Shown here: piece after piece, positions 22,172 through 34,119 of the stretch | How positions within the stretch are numbered: the first letter of the stretch is position 1 | How the letters are laid out: every line of letters begins with the position of its first letter | Assembly (NCBI RefSeq): GCF_018350175.1 | Contig: NC_058369.1 | Coordinates: 3,288,001-3,352,000, forward strand | DNA length: 64,000 bases | Origin: Felis catus | Taxonomy: Eukaryota | Direction: 5' to 3' | The notes under the pieces: generated by a model | The model's database searches: none | Told to the model about the DNA's origin: nothing | Seen by the model: only the letters and a program-made list of their open reading frames with translations | Position numbers and translations under genes: made by a program

Positions 22172-25100
22172 CTGCGGTGGGCCAGAAGCCTCAGCCTCGC
22201 CCAGGCCTTGACGTGACTCTCCCGTCTTCCCGCTCGACCTCCCCCGTCAGAGCCGGGACCCCGCTCCCTCCGGCTCGCTCCGGCTGCTATCCACGGTCCC
22301 CGCCATCAGCCCAGTCCCGCAGCAGGGACCCGGCGAGAGCCCGGGACTAGAGGGCGGCACGTAGGCGGGAAGGTGGGACTTGAACCCGAGAGCCCGGCCC
22401 CCTCCCCGGACCCCTGGGCCGCCCGCCGCCCAGCGCTGGAGTTCGTTCGTGCCTCCAGGACATCCAGAGACCCGCCCGCGGGCAGCCCCCTCGCTCACCA
22501 GCCCGCACTCGTCGAAGGCCGGGCTCTCCTCCTCCGACAACCTCTGCCCGCCCGAGGCCAGCAGCTCGAAAGGCAGCCAGTCGCTCTGCAAGGCCTCCCG
22601 GACGAAGGCATACAGCGCGGCCACCCGCTCCCGGGCGTAGAAGGTGCCTGGGTGGGCGGGACAGTCGGTGGGGCCGGAGTTCAGGGGAGCACCCCGCCCC
22701 CCACCCCAGCCCGCGCCCACCCGGCTCCCGAGGGAGGGAGGACGGACTGTGACGCCTCCTCCTAGGATGAGCACAGACCGGGGAGGCCTTGGGCTCCCGT
22801 CCCGCGGCACCCAGCCGGGCCCCGTCGCCCGCCGCCCCGGCCCCCCGGGCGCACCCACCCTGGAGCAGGCAGCCGTCGGGGAAGCGGACGCGCAGCAGCG
22901 TGTACGTGTATCTGCGCCGCTCTCTCTGCTCCTCCCTCTCCCGCATGGCCTTGGTCCGCAGCACACTCAGCCGCTCCACGGCTTCGGACCTGAGCCTCTG
23001 TTCCCGCTTGACCTCCTCCGCCGTGAGGTTGAAGAAGTCCCCGGGCAGGTCAAACTGGGAGGCCAGGGGCGAGGGCTGGAAGACGCGGCGCTGGCGGGCC
23101 AGCGTGGCCCGCACGGGCTCGGCGACCAGCAGCTGCTCCTTGTGCTTCCGCAGGCTCTGGGGCTGGGCCAGGGCGGCCTCGCTCAGCACGTAGAACTCCT
23201 CGGGGCCCTCTGGGGCAGGCGCGGGTCACTGCTGCGGCAGGGAGAGCCCCCCACCCCACCCCACCCCTGCCGCCCGGAGGGGCCCTCCCGCCCCTCCTCC
23301 CAGCACAGCTGGCGCCCTGCTCCACCTGCCTTACCCTGATCGGGCACCGGAAGCAGGGCCTTCTGGAAGCCGACGGCCTCAAAAAACTCGTGGGTCCCTT
23401 CCAGGCAGTTAATTCGCTCCTGGGAGTGGAGCCAGGGGTCACCAGGGCCCTGCCGGCCACCCCGCCCGGCCTCGCAGCAGCCGCTAGGCCCTGACGGGGC
23501 GAAGCCGCGGAAGCTGCCCGCAGGGCTGAGCACGAACGCGCTCGCCTCAACACGGGCTGCAGGGCGCCCCCCAGCTGCTCGCAGAGGGCACGGGACCCCA
23601 GGAGGTCACGACCAGGTGAGGAAGGAGGCCGAGAAGCCACAGGACAACAGGAGGGGCCCAGGGGTGGGGGCGGTGGCTGCGTGGGAAGCCGGGGGCGGGA
23701 AGGGGCCACCGGAGACAGAGAGCAGGTGCCGTGCCAGTGGCGCAGGTAACACGGGCCAGGGTGGCGGGACCCCGAGATTTCTCCACAGAAACCAGCAGTC
23801 TGTGTTCGCGGGAGGAATCTCGCCAGCGCCGACCTCCTCCCCGCTGATTCAAATTCAAGTCAGAACAGACAGGGGCGAGGGGGAGAGCGGGCCAGACACC
23901 ATGACGCTCGCCCCGTGTGCCCGGGGCCCTCGCTCCCCTGCGGCTGCCTGGTCTGGCCGCCGCCCCCACGCCGGGGCCGCGTGTGCACCTGAAACACGCG
24001 GTTCTGCAGCTTGATCTTCCTGTACTTCTCTTCCTCGGGGTGCAGGCAGATGTTGTCCAGGTACCTGGGGGGGCCCGCGGCCGTGCGGGAACAGTGAGCC
24101 CAGAGGGGGCCGTCGCCGCCCCCCCCCCCCCGCCCCGGTCCTGCCTCCCCTCGAGGGCACCAGCGAACGCACAGGGGGCTGTGGCAGGGCCAGCCTAACG
24201 GACCACTAAAGCCTGTGGGTGCCCCGTGGCGGGGGGCCGGGGCTCACGAGCGACATGGACTTCCTGGCGCTCCCTGCCCCCCCCAGACCTGTTGGAGCAG
24301 ACGAGGGGAGGGGGTGGGACCCTGCCCCCCTGCCCCCCTGCCCCCTTCCCACCTTCCTACAATGATCCCGGAGGAAAGCAGCGGTCGGGACCTCCCGATT
24401 TGGTAAACCGCTTCGTTTTACAGGCAGGTCAACTGAGGCCCAGAGGGCCTGGGGGGGGGGGGGGAGTGCAGGGTGGGGACTGGCTGCGGCCCCAGTGCCC
24501 AGCTCCTTCCGGGCACCCCCGGCAGGCTGTGGCGGAGGCCCGGGTGTCAGGGGCGGGGGACACTCAGCTGGGAGGGCTGCGGCCGCTCACTTGGCGATGG
24601 TGTCCACACCCAGCTTCACCCTGTCCCGGTCTCTGTTGAACGTGTGGATCTTCATGATGGAGGCAGCCACGGGGTCGGTGGAGAAGTGCTGGGGGAGGGA
24701 GGGGACGCACCAGAAGCGCTCACCTGGGGGTTGGAGGCCCGCAGGCACCTCTCCCTCCCCCAGCAGCTGGCCTCTCTACTCAGGTGACAACAGGTGACAG
24801 CAGGCCAGGAACATTCCACTGAAGCAAACTCAACCGGAGGCTCCCAGCCAAGAAAGGAGGAGAAAGCCCTTCGGTGGCCCCATCCTGAGCCTCAGCCCTG
24901 CCCTCGCCTCGAGGGAAGAGGGGGCGTCACAGCCCGGCTTATGCCTCCGGGGGTCCACCCATCTGACAACTCTGCCCGTGGGAGGGAAGAGGGCAGGGAC
25001 ACAGAAAGACGGAGAAAGCAGGAGGGGAAGTTCCCAGGCTTGTGTGACCGGCCCAGCCTCCTCGGGACCATCACAAACCCCCAGGGAAACCCAGACGGGA

Positions 25101-28100
25101 ATTCACTTTGTGACAGAGACATATGCCACAGCCATGACCAAAAAGGCGTTTTCAGTAAAAAAGGGGGTGTGCGTGCGGGGGGCTACCCTGGGTAGCTGTC
25201 AGGGAACAAAGAGTGGTCCGTATGCCTCATAGTCCGCAGGGCAATAGCTTCTAGTCAGATCAGAGGGGGGGTTTCAAATTTTTATTTTGAGAGAGAGCCC
25301 GTGTGAGTGGGGCTGGGGCAGAGAGAGGGAGGGAGACAGAGAGACAGAATCCCAAGCAGGCTCCACACTGTCAGTGCAGAGCTCAGTGCGGGTCTCGAAC
25401 CCACAAACCACGAGGTCCTGACCTGAACTGATACCAAAAGTCAGGCCCTCGACCAACTGAGCCACCCAAGGCGCCTCTAGTCAGATCAAAGTTTCAAACG
25501 TTAAAACAAACAACAGAAAGCAGGGCGCCCGGGGGGCTCAGTCGGTTGAGCCTCCGACTTCGGTTCAGGTCATGATCCCACGGTTCGTGGGTTCGAGCCC
25601 CGCGTCCGGCTCTGTGCTGACAGCTCGGAGCCTGGATGGAGCCTGCTTCGGATTCTGTCTCCATCTCTCTCTGCCCCTTTCCCCGCTCGTGCTCTGTCTT
25701 TATCAAAAATAAATAAACATTTAAAAAATTAAGAAAACAACAACAAAAAGCAAAACAGAAAAGCACTAGCAAAGTGGGGAAGGCCTTTCCAAGCCGAGAA
25801 GTCACAGGACCGACACATTTAACCCGAGATCAAAAATTTCTACACAGCAAGGTGGCCACGAGCACAAGCGGAAAGTGAAAACCGAGGGGAAAATACTCAC
25901 GCTGCGTATTATAGGCAAAAGACCAACTTCCCTAACGGGCGAAGGGTGCCCGTGAATCGGGGTGTCTGGGGGGCTCAGTCGGTTGAGCGTCCAACTCGAT
26001 TTCGGCTCAGGTCGTGATCTCACGGTTGGCGAGATCGAGCCCCCGAGTCGGACTCTGCGCGGACAGTGTGGAGCCTGCTTGGGATTCTCTCCCTCCCTCT
26101 CTTTCTGCTGCTCCCCTGCTCGCACATGCACGCTCGTGCTCGTTCTCTCTCAAATAAATAAACATTAAAAAAAAAAAAAAGCCTAGAAATCAAGAAAAAA
26201 ATCCAACCACACGACACAAAACCGGGCCAAGGGCGCATTCTCACAGGAAAATACGGCCAGTCCGGGCCACACTGAGGGAAACGCGCACGGAAACCATCCC
26301 GAGATATTCTCCACTGTCACTTCCGCTAAAAGACGAAGGGTCTGTGCGCCCACAGTGACGGTGTGGGGCCGGTGACGTGGGCGCTTTCCCCGACGCTGCC
26401 GGTGCAGTGTGAGTCGGGACGGCGCCTACGCGGGTTCCTCGGCCACCGCCGTCCACACCCCGCACGCACGTCCCGCTTCCGCGCCCGCACCGAGCCCGCA
26501 GCTCAGAGCAGCCACAGCCAAGGCTTTCCACCACGTGACTGCTGTCGCTAGGGAAAGACGGGAAGCTTCTGACACGCTCATCGGCAAGGAGCCGGTCGGA
26601 CGGTTACGGAGCAGGGCATACGGTGAAGCTGGCTAACAAGAACGCGGAACTTTCTCCCAAATGGTTCAGAACAAGCCAGAAAGGGACGACAGCACGAACG
26701 GGGCAAAACCGTTAACGGCCGGCTGCACGGTGGGAAGGCATTAGGGAGGCTCACGGAATTAAGGCTGCTGATCAGTGGGCCTTAAAATAGCGACAGGAGC
26801 CTGGATGATCCCCGAGGGCCAAAGGCAACCTCAAGGTCCCTTTACGGGCAAGAGACAAGAGAGGGGACAGCCTGAGCGAGGCGCCACGGCCACGGAACAC
26901 AGACAAGCCTGGAAGCAGGAAAAGGCCCGGACGCGCGCGCCCCCCTAGAGCGCCCAGAAGGAAGTCGGCCCGGCCGTCGCCTTGAGTCAGGGCAGCCAGA
27001 CCCACGTCACCCTTCTGACTTCCAGGGACTGTGAGACAATAAACGAGGCCGCCCGCTTTGCGACGATCTGTTCTAACGGATCAGGAAACCCGAGCCCCGG
27101 GTGCGGGGGATACGGGGGTTCGGCAGTTTGCGTGTATCTGCGGTCGATCTCTCCCTGGAAGGGGACCTGCACGCCTTACAGGGGCCGCCTCCGGGAAGGG
27201 TGGGCGAGCGGGGGCTTTTCTCTACCCACCCATCTGTATCCTGAGCTTCGGACCCCACGGAAATCCTGCCTTTGAAGAGAGACGGAAACAAACCCGATAC
27301 AGGCAGGCGCAGACGACACCGAGGGTCCGTGCCACCCAGCTCTCCCGGCTCTGGCGCCAGGACCTCTAGGTGGGAGGGCGGTGGAGGGGGGACCCGGGGG
27401 GGCTGCCACTCACCGAGAGAATGGCCTCTCTGATGTGCGCATCCCGCTGGTCCTTCCTGAGCGTGGCCCCCGTGAGCGGGCAGGTGAAGCACACGGCGGG
27501 CACTGCCAGGTGGGTCGAGCCCTCCTCTCTGGGCTCAGGCACCTGGGGGGACGGGGCGAAGGCGGCTGACCCCGGACTGCGGACAGAGGCCGGCCCGAGC
27601 CGCTGACAGCATGGCCCCGGCAGCCGCATGGCCCCGGTCCCGACGCTTCCCCCCTTTGCTTCTTTAGCCGTGGGACACCTTGGCCCAGTGACCGGGCCCC
27701 TTCTGCCCCGTAAATGGCTCTGCGGGGCCGCCGCACCCCAACGAGAAAGGGACAGAAAGCATGAAGCCGCTTCGGACACGGAGCAAACGCTCCATCAACG
27801 GCTCTGGCTGTTCCCGTTTCCCTCGTGAGGAAGGGGCTTTGGTGGAGGGCTCGGGAGTCACGGCGGCCCAGATGAGTCCAGACCTCCCTCTGGACCTCAA
27901 TTCCTAGGCGTCGTCTAGGGCCGCTTCGGTCCTTAAAACTCAGTGAGACCTTGGGGCGGCTCCGTCTGTTAAGCGTCCGACCTCGGCTCAGGTCACGATT
28001 TTACCCTTGTGGGTTCGAGCCCCGCGTCAGGCTCTGTGCTGACGGCTCGGAGCCTGGAGCCTGCTTCCGATTCTCTGTCTCCCTTTCTCTCTGCCCCTCC

Positions 28101-28366
28101 CCTGCGCTCTGTCTCCCTCTCAAAAATAAATAAACGTTAAAAAAAACTGTCTTTAATAAACATACATTAAAAAAAATACTTAAAAAAAATCACTCAACAG
28201 GGGCGACTGGGGGGCTCAGTCGGTTAAGCTTCTGGCTCCAGCTCAGGTCATGATTTCACAATTTGTGAGTTCGAGCCCCACATCGGGCCCTGTGCTGCCA
28301 GCGCAAAGCCTGAAACCTGCTTCTGATTCTATGTCTCTGCTGCTCTCTGCTCCTCCCCTGCTCAAG

Positions 28367-28397
<31 letters not shown>

Positions 28398-31300
28398 AAA
28401 AATAAAGAAACGTTGAAAACAAAAAAAAACCCTCAGTGTGACCTCAAAGGTCAAGCTGCTCAGAACACCCTTTCTGCCAGGTTCGCCTTCAAAGCCCACC
28501 TCCCCCAGCAAGGCCTCCCTGATTACACCAGTCTCTGAAGGGCCCTCCCACCTCCCGGGCAAGCAGCAGAGGGCAGGAGCTGAGTGTGAAGGTCCCAGTC
28601 AACACCACCTTCAACCACAACCTGCCTCCACTGTTCTGGCGTGCCTCACAAGCTTCCTTTGGCCCAAGGCCAGACGTGACCTCTATCTGCCCCGGCACCC
28701 GCGTGCTCACTGCCCGAGGCTCACCGATTTCTGCCGAGGCTCCCCGATTTGACCAATGAGGGAGAGAACCCGCTCCCTGCCCCAGGATGGCCCTCAGGTG
28801 TCCTGCTGCCCCGTGGATGTGCTTACCTTGTTGGTCCCTGGGGCCTCTGGGCTCCCGCTGACAGTGGCTTCGGCTTGAAGTTCCTTTCTCACTGGGGAGA
28901 GGGCAGAGACGGGTCAGTTGGGGGCCCTGCCCTGGCCCCAGGCACACTCCACCCCTGCCCCCGCAGACCCCAAGGGGGTCAAGTTCTAGTCCTTTCCCCG
29001 GTCAGGCCCCCCTGCCTGAGCCACCTCTCCACGCCCCTAGGTTTCACCTGATGGCCCGACGACGGCCCCGTCTCCGCTCCCGTCTCCCCTCCTCGGCCTC
29101 TCAGACCCCAGCGCCCCGGTGCCTTCCACCCTGCACCCCCCACTCTCACAAGTGAGATTCTGCGTGAGACCTTGCTTCACGTCCCCACGCCGCACCGGAA
29201 GACGGCCACAGCTCACCCTGGTTCCGGATGGACTCCTGCGACGTGGGGCCCCGGGCCCTGGGCTGCTTCTGTTCGAGCCGGGCCAGGGCTGCCGCGGCTG
29301 CCATCTGGGCCTCGTTGGTGGGTCCCTGGCAGGGCTGCTGGAGCACGGGCTGGTTGGGTTTCCCTCTGGGGGCCCTCTCCCTGGGAAGTGACAGAGGGAA
29401 GGCGGGGTGACACGGGGTCAGGCGCAAGAGCCTCTGTCCCTCTCCTACTTCTGCCCCATCGGACAGAAACGTCCCTCTCTCCCAGGGACCACCCACAGCC
29501 ACGAGATGGTTCTAACACAGAAAGAAAGGCCCCTGGAGACAGATGGCAGTTCCGCCTCCAGTTCCACCCCTTGGGGCGAGTCCCGCAGCGGCCTGGGCCT
29601 TGGGGTCATGGCAGCTAATGGGGGAGGGAGGGGGGGGTGACAGAGGCCCGCCCCCACCGGCGCCACGGATGCACATGAGAAGGCACCTTTCGCCTTCAGG
29701 AACCGGTGAGACTCAAAGGTGTCCCTCCCCTCCTCGATCCCTTTCCTTCCAGCCTACGACAGCCAGGTGGCACGGCTTCACTTAGGGAGCACCGACCGTG
29801 TGCCCGGCCACGTGCCAGGCCACGTGGCGGGGGCTGGGTTTCCTCTCCCCCCACGTGGCCACACCCCAGCCCCCTGTGATTACTTAGTTCTACAAAAACA
29901 CGGTTTTCAAGACGCCTCGCCCACCCTCTTCGAGGCCCCGCTGGGCAGCCACGGGGACCGTTCTAAAACCTAAGCCGGAGCTCGTCCCTCCTCTGCACCA
30001 AGCCCTTCCGCCCCACGCACAACACAATCCTGAAGCCCCCTTGGGCCTGCAGGCCCTTCACAACCCGCCCGCTCCCCTCCTTCACGCCTCCCTATCTACA
30101 CTGGTTTCCTACTGCTGCTCCCACAGGCCCAAGTGGCTCCCACCACAGGGCCTTTGCACTTTCTGGCCGAACTGTTCAGTCTGCAGATGGTGGGGGGCGG
30201 GGGTGAGGAAAGAAGTCTGGGGGCAGCTGGGGCGGCTTCAGGGTCTCTGTGTGTGTGGCGGGGGGGGGGGAGGCAATTTCCACCTGGCTGCCCCTCACCT
30301 CATCCAGCGCTCAGCTCGAATGTCTCCTTCTGGGAGAGGTGTTCCCAGACCACCTAAGGGCCCCCGGCTGTTGCTATCTCCTGCCCCTGCTTATTTTTCT
30401 TCGTGGCCCTGAGTACCGACTGCTCTGTCACCACCCGTGTCCTGGTTGAGCTGTCCATCTCTCCCCGCTAGAAGATGAGCCCTGAGACAGCAGGAACCTT
30501 CTCTGAGCCGCACGGTGACAGCCCTTGTCACGCACCCCGAGCCTCGTCTTGCCCCACGCGCGTCACAGAAGTCTGGATCTCCACACTGCTCCCCTCTTCT
30601 CTCCTCCCGGGTTCTCATCTCCCACAGCCATGCCCCACACGGCCCCCGCGTCTTTCCGCCACGCTCAGTCCCCGCTGCTGCGCCAACCCCCACTACTTGT
30701 TCAACAAACGAATGGACCCCCTTGTCCGGCCCTCTCCCAGGCTGCCCTCCTCTCCCCGCTCAGGCTCCCAGGACCTGATCTTGTCCACCGGGCTTCCCTC
30801 CTTGACTCATGAACCAGGCCCTCGTGGGCCTCCTTCGGCCAGTCCCGGGAGCCCCCATCCCCGCGACAGATGCACTGATGTCACGCACCCACTCTCCCTC
30901 ACCGGCCCCTGCTACCCTGTCCTCCCTGGCGCCTCCCTGCCTCTCCCCCCTACCACTCCGGGCCCCACCTCTTCACAATCCCTTCCATTATTCCTCAGGG
31001 GCCCCACCCCCTCTGCACTTCCTTTGCTCAATCCACCCCGGGCCCACCAGAGCCCTCACTGTCACACACCTCCCCCACTGGGTCTCCAGTCTTGCCCCCG
31101 CGTCCTTCTCTTCCCCAGGCCCTCCCCGGACAAGCCACAGAGGCCTGGATGTGCGCCCTGCCGGACCTCCCTCTTCTCCCCTCTCCTCCCACGTCTCTCT
31201 CAGGACCTGCCTTGGGCTTCAACCGTCACCCACGAGGCCCCCATCTCCTCCCTGTCACAGATGCCTCCAGCTCACCTCCACCCACTCCCCTTCTCTTCCC

Positions 31301-31953
31301 TCCCAGACCTTCCTCAGCCAATTCAACCCCCGCTCCCCCGATCCTCTGAGACCTCTTCCAACCCCGCCTCAGGCTCCCTGGCCTTAAACTCTCTGACCCA
31401 GTCCTCCCTCGCGCTCCAGAGCCAGGGCCCAGACCCCTACGGCCATGGACGCGAAGCCTCTCCCCTCTCCCCGGCCCCAGCTGTACTTGATTCTCCAGGC
31501 TCTGTGTCCAATCTCTGTACACAGAGACCCCCCCCCCAAAACTGGATGACGCCTCTTGGGGGCCCCTTCTCCGCCCGCCTACACTCCTACGGTTTCTCCG
31601 CTGACCCCCATCTACTTGCAACCCCGCCCCCCTAGCCCCCGCCCCCAGCCCCTCCCCCTCGGGCCTCTCTCCCCCCGTGCCCCGCCCCCGGAGGCCACCC
31701 CTCCCCCTTACTCCCACCCTTGCCCCCCGTGCCCCGCCCCCGGAGGCCACCCCTCCCCCTTACTCCCACCCTCGCCCCCCGTGCCCCGCCCCCACAGGTC
31801 TCTCCCCACTCTCGGACGCCCCTCCCCGCCCCTGCCCCCCGGATCTCAAGCCCCAGCGCCGGACACGCACCCCACGGACTCCGTGAGCTTCTGACCAGGC
31901 CCCGCACTCTTGAACTTGATGTCAGCCTTGATCTCCTGGAAGAATTTCTTCAT
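22043..31953 (-). CDS. UBXN6: UBX domain-containing protein 6 (UBXD1; p97/VCP cofactor with VIM, PUB and UBX domains), complete spliced CDS, 442 aa
   Basis: complement(join(31953-31871,29380-29217,28891-28827,27542-27414,24688-24591,24064-23989,23419-23335,23209-22859,22647-22499,22171-22043)) = 1329 nt. Kozak GCCGCCACCATG; starts MKKFFQEIKADIKFKSAGPGQKL; PUB motif YLDNICLHPEEEKYRKIKLQN; UBX motif LRVRFPDGCLLQGTFYARE. Confidence 0.97.
22499..22647 (-). CDS. UBXN6: UBXN6 coding exon 9 (UBX domain GTFYARERVAALYAFVREAL..)
   Basis: cccag|GC...CTG|gtgagc. Confidence 0.94.
22859..23209 (-). CDS. UBXN6: UBXN6 coding exon 8 (351 nt; appears to be two human exons fused)
   Basis: cccag|AG...CAG G|gtgggt; continuous ORF EFYVLSEAALAQP...QRLRSEAVERL...RVRFPDGCLLQ. 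Confidence 0.93.
23335..23419 (-). CDS. UBXN6: UBXN6 coding exon 7 (ERINCLEGTHEFFEAVGFQKALLPVPDQ)
   Basis: cccag|GAG...G|gtaagg. Confidence 0.94.
23989..24064 (-). CDS. UBXN6: UBXN6 coding exon 6 (PUB domain core)
   Basis: cccag|G TAC CTG GAC AAC...CAG|gtgcac. Confidence 0.94.
24591..24688 (-). CDS. UBXN6: UBXN6 coding exon 5 (HFSTDPVAASIMKIHTFNRDRDRVKLGVDTIAK)
   Basis: cccag|CAC...AA|gtgagc. Confidence 0.94.
25277..26180. mobile_element. Cluster of three Can-SINEs (about 25277-25475 minus; 25523-25730 plus; 25959-26180 plus)
   Basis: SINE heads and tails; tctagtcagatca repeats flank the first. Confidence 0.88.
27414..27542 (-). CDS. UBXN6: UBXN6 coding exon 4 (..HLAVPAVCFTCPLTGATLRKDQRD..)
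   Basis: cccag|GTG...TCG|gtgagt. Confidence 0.94.
27953..28430 (+). mobile_element. Two tandem Can-SINEs
   Basis: Heads at about 27953 and 28200, with (CT)n and A tails. Confidence 0.88.
28827..28891 (-). CDS. UBXN6: UBXN6 coding exon 3 (VRKELQAEATVSGSPEAPGTNK)
   Basis: cccag|TG...AAG|gtaagc. Confidence 0.92.
29217..29380 (-). CDS. UBXN6: UBXN6 coding exon 2 (VIM-like AQMAAAAALARLEQK)
   Basis: cccag|G...G|gtgagc. Confidence 0.94.
31671..31792. repeat. 52-bp tandem duplication (about 2.4 copies), G-rich on the UBXN6 sense strand
   Basis: ccccccgtgccccgcccccggaggccacccctcccccttactcccaccct(t/c)g at 31671, 31723 and partially 31775. Confidence 0.9.
31871..31953 (-). CDS. UBXN6: UBXN6 coding exon 1
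   Basis: ATG at 31953 in strong Kozak context; GG|gtgcgt donor. Confidence 0.95.
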
Positions 31954-32997
31954 GGTGGCGGCGGGCCCGGCGGCAGGGGGCCGCGGGGGGCGGGGGGGGC
32001 GCAGGGCCCAGTCGGGGTGGGGCCGGCAGGAGCCAACAACCGGAAAGAAAATACCTCGCTGCCGGAAGTCCCACCTTCGCTCGGGCGCCCACGTGACAAT
32101 CGGCCCGGTGCGCCTCTCTAGCTCTCCGCGCCTCGCTGGCCCACGGCGGCCGCTCTGCACCGTCGGCCGCGTCTCGGTGGTTAGTCGGGCCTCAGTTGCC
32201 AGGGGCGACGAGCTCGCTTCCAGCGGGTGGCTGTGCCCGCGCGCCCTGCACCTCGTTCCCCAGAGGGGTGACCGGAGAGGGCGGGAGAAGCCCGCAGAGC
32301 CCACGGAGACAGCGCTGGCCCTGACCTTTCCCCTGACCGAAAACCTTCCCTGGCTCCCGCATGCAGTGCAGGGCGAGGGCCGCGCAGGACCGTAACGAGC
32401 CAGCACCGCGTCCGGCACCGGTGGTCAGGCGCACGTGGTGGGGACGTGGGAAGGGGCGCCTGAGCCGGGGCCTGGGGACCCACGGTGGCGCATCCCCTAG
32501 GGGCCTGGGTTACGGAGCTCTGACGTCATCCTGAGGGCCTGCACAGTGTTTAGGGGGAGAATCCGGTGCAGCCCAAACCAACCTTCCTTAACTTCGGTTT
32601 CCTACGCGCTGGGGATAAGAACAGCACCCACGTCCACGTCGGAGGAGGATTATAAGGGTAACGATGCCGTTAGAAATCATTCAATAAATGGAGCGCTTTA
32701 TGATGATCTACTCCGTTTTGTTGGTTTTTTGGGAGTCGGCTCTGCACCAGCAAGGAAGAAAACAAGGAAATCCTTGACCTCGCAGACCTCGTGATGTTTT
32801 CCATGGGGTTGGGGAGGGAAGACAGACAACATGATAAGTTTATGGCCGAGGGGACGATGTTACGTGCTGGAGAGAGAAAGTGGACAGTTTGCAACATCAA
32901 CTAAGGGGGTCGGGTGCAAGAAAGGGACATTTTTCGGACCACCAGGGAAATGTGAATGTGTCTGGGCAGTAGATGATAGAAAGGGGCTGTTGTTGAC

Positions 32998-33203
32998 TTT
33001 TTTTTTCGTTTATTTGATTTTTGAGAGGGAGAGCCCAGCGTGGGAGAGGCAAAGAAAGAGAGAGGGAGATACCGAATCTCAAGCAGGCTCCAGGCTCTGA
33101 GCTGTCAGCACTGAGCCCAACGCGGGGCTCGAACTCAAGAACCACGAGATCATGACCTGAGCCGAAGTTGGACCCTTAACCCACTGAGCCACCCAGGCGC
33201 CCC
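32998..33203 (-). mobile_element. Can-SINE
   Basis: Reverse-complement SINE body. Confidence 0.9.
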
Positions 33204-33224
33204 ACCCACTTCTGGACTTTTCAT

Positions 33225-34115
33225 AGGAGTGATAGTGGCATGGTAGTTATGGTCCATTTGGGCTTTGTTTTATCTTTTGACCCTTTTCATCCATTTCTCC
33301 CACCCCCCTGCCTTTGGCAAGCACCAGCCAGTTCTCCTTGTCTATGACTTTGGTGGGGCTCTTTTCGCTTGTACTTTTGTTTGTGTAGATCCCACATACG
33401 AGAGAGATCATACTGTATTTGCTTTTCTCTGACTTATTTCACGTGATGCCCTTGCTGTCCATCTATGCTGTCCCAAATGGCAAGATTTCGTTGTTGTTTT
33501 TTTTTGGGGGGGGGGGGGCTAATATTCCCTTGTATATCCGTACCACGTTTTCTTTATCCGTTCATCCATTGTGGCCACTTGGGTTGTTTCCATATCTTGG
33601 CTATTGTAAATCGTGCTGCAACAGGATTGTAGGACTGAGCCCCCCCTGTGGGACTCTGTGCATGCTGGGCATGGAGCCCGCTTAAGATTATCTCATTCCC
33701 TCTGCCCCTCTCCCCGGCTTGAGCTCTCTCTCTCTCTCAAACGATAAAAATAAAAAATCGTATGGGGTGCCTGGGTGGCGCAGTCGGTTAAGCGTCCGAC
33801 TTCAGCCAGGTCACGATCTCGCGGTCTGTGAGTTCGAGCCCCGCGTCGGGCTCTGGGCTGATGGCTCAGAGCCTGGAGCCTGTTTCCGATTCTGTGTCTC
33901 CCTCTCTCTCTGCCCCTCCTCCGTTCATGCTCTGTCTCTCTCTGTCCCAAAAATAAATAAATGTTGAAAAAAAAATTTTAAAAATAAAAAATCGTAGCCA
34001 TTTTAACAGGTGTCAGGTGACAGTTTATGGGTTTTGTTTGCATTTTCCTAACGATGAGTTGATCACCTTTTCACGTACGTGTTGGCCATCTGTACGTTTT
34101 CTTTGGAGAAACGTC
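33225..34115 (-). mobile_element. L1 3' fragment interrupted by SINEs
   Basis: gatcccacatacgagagagatcatactgtatttg...ttgggttgtttccatatcttggctattgtaaat; continues after 33997 (gccattttaacaggtgt). Confidence 0.75.
33764..33978 (+). mobile_element. Young Can-SINE with 18-bp TSD, inserted at the tail of an older SINE fragment
   Basis: TSD taaaaataaaaaatcgta at 33745-33762 and 33979-33996. Confidence 0.92.
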
Positions 34116-34119
34116 TTCA

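Larger units (their letters stand above)
31600..32540 (-). promoter_or_regulatory. UBXN6: UBXN6 CpG-island promoter
   Basis: CpG-dense; ETS motif CCGGAAGT 32062-32069, E-box CACGTGAC 32090-32097, CACGTG 32432-32437, full CRE TGACGTCA 32521-32528. Confidence 0.8.

Noticed and set aside
22172..22498. Possible orthologue of human MIR4746, recalled near the UBXN6 3' introns
   Set aside because: No convincing hairpin or match recognisable by eye; would need alignment and small-RNA data.
30475..31635. 386-aa Pro/Ser/Leu-rich ORF on the plus strand inside UBXN6 intron 1
   Set aside because: Explained by C-rich low-complexity sequence with few stops; no recognisable domain or exon structure.
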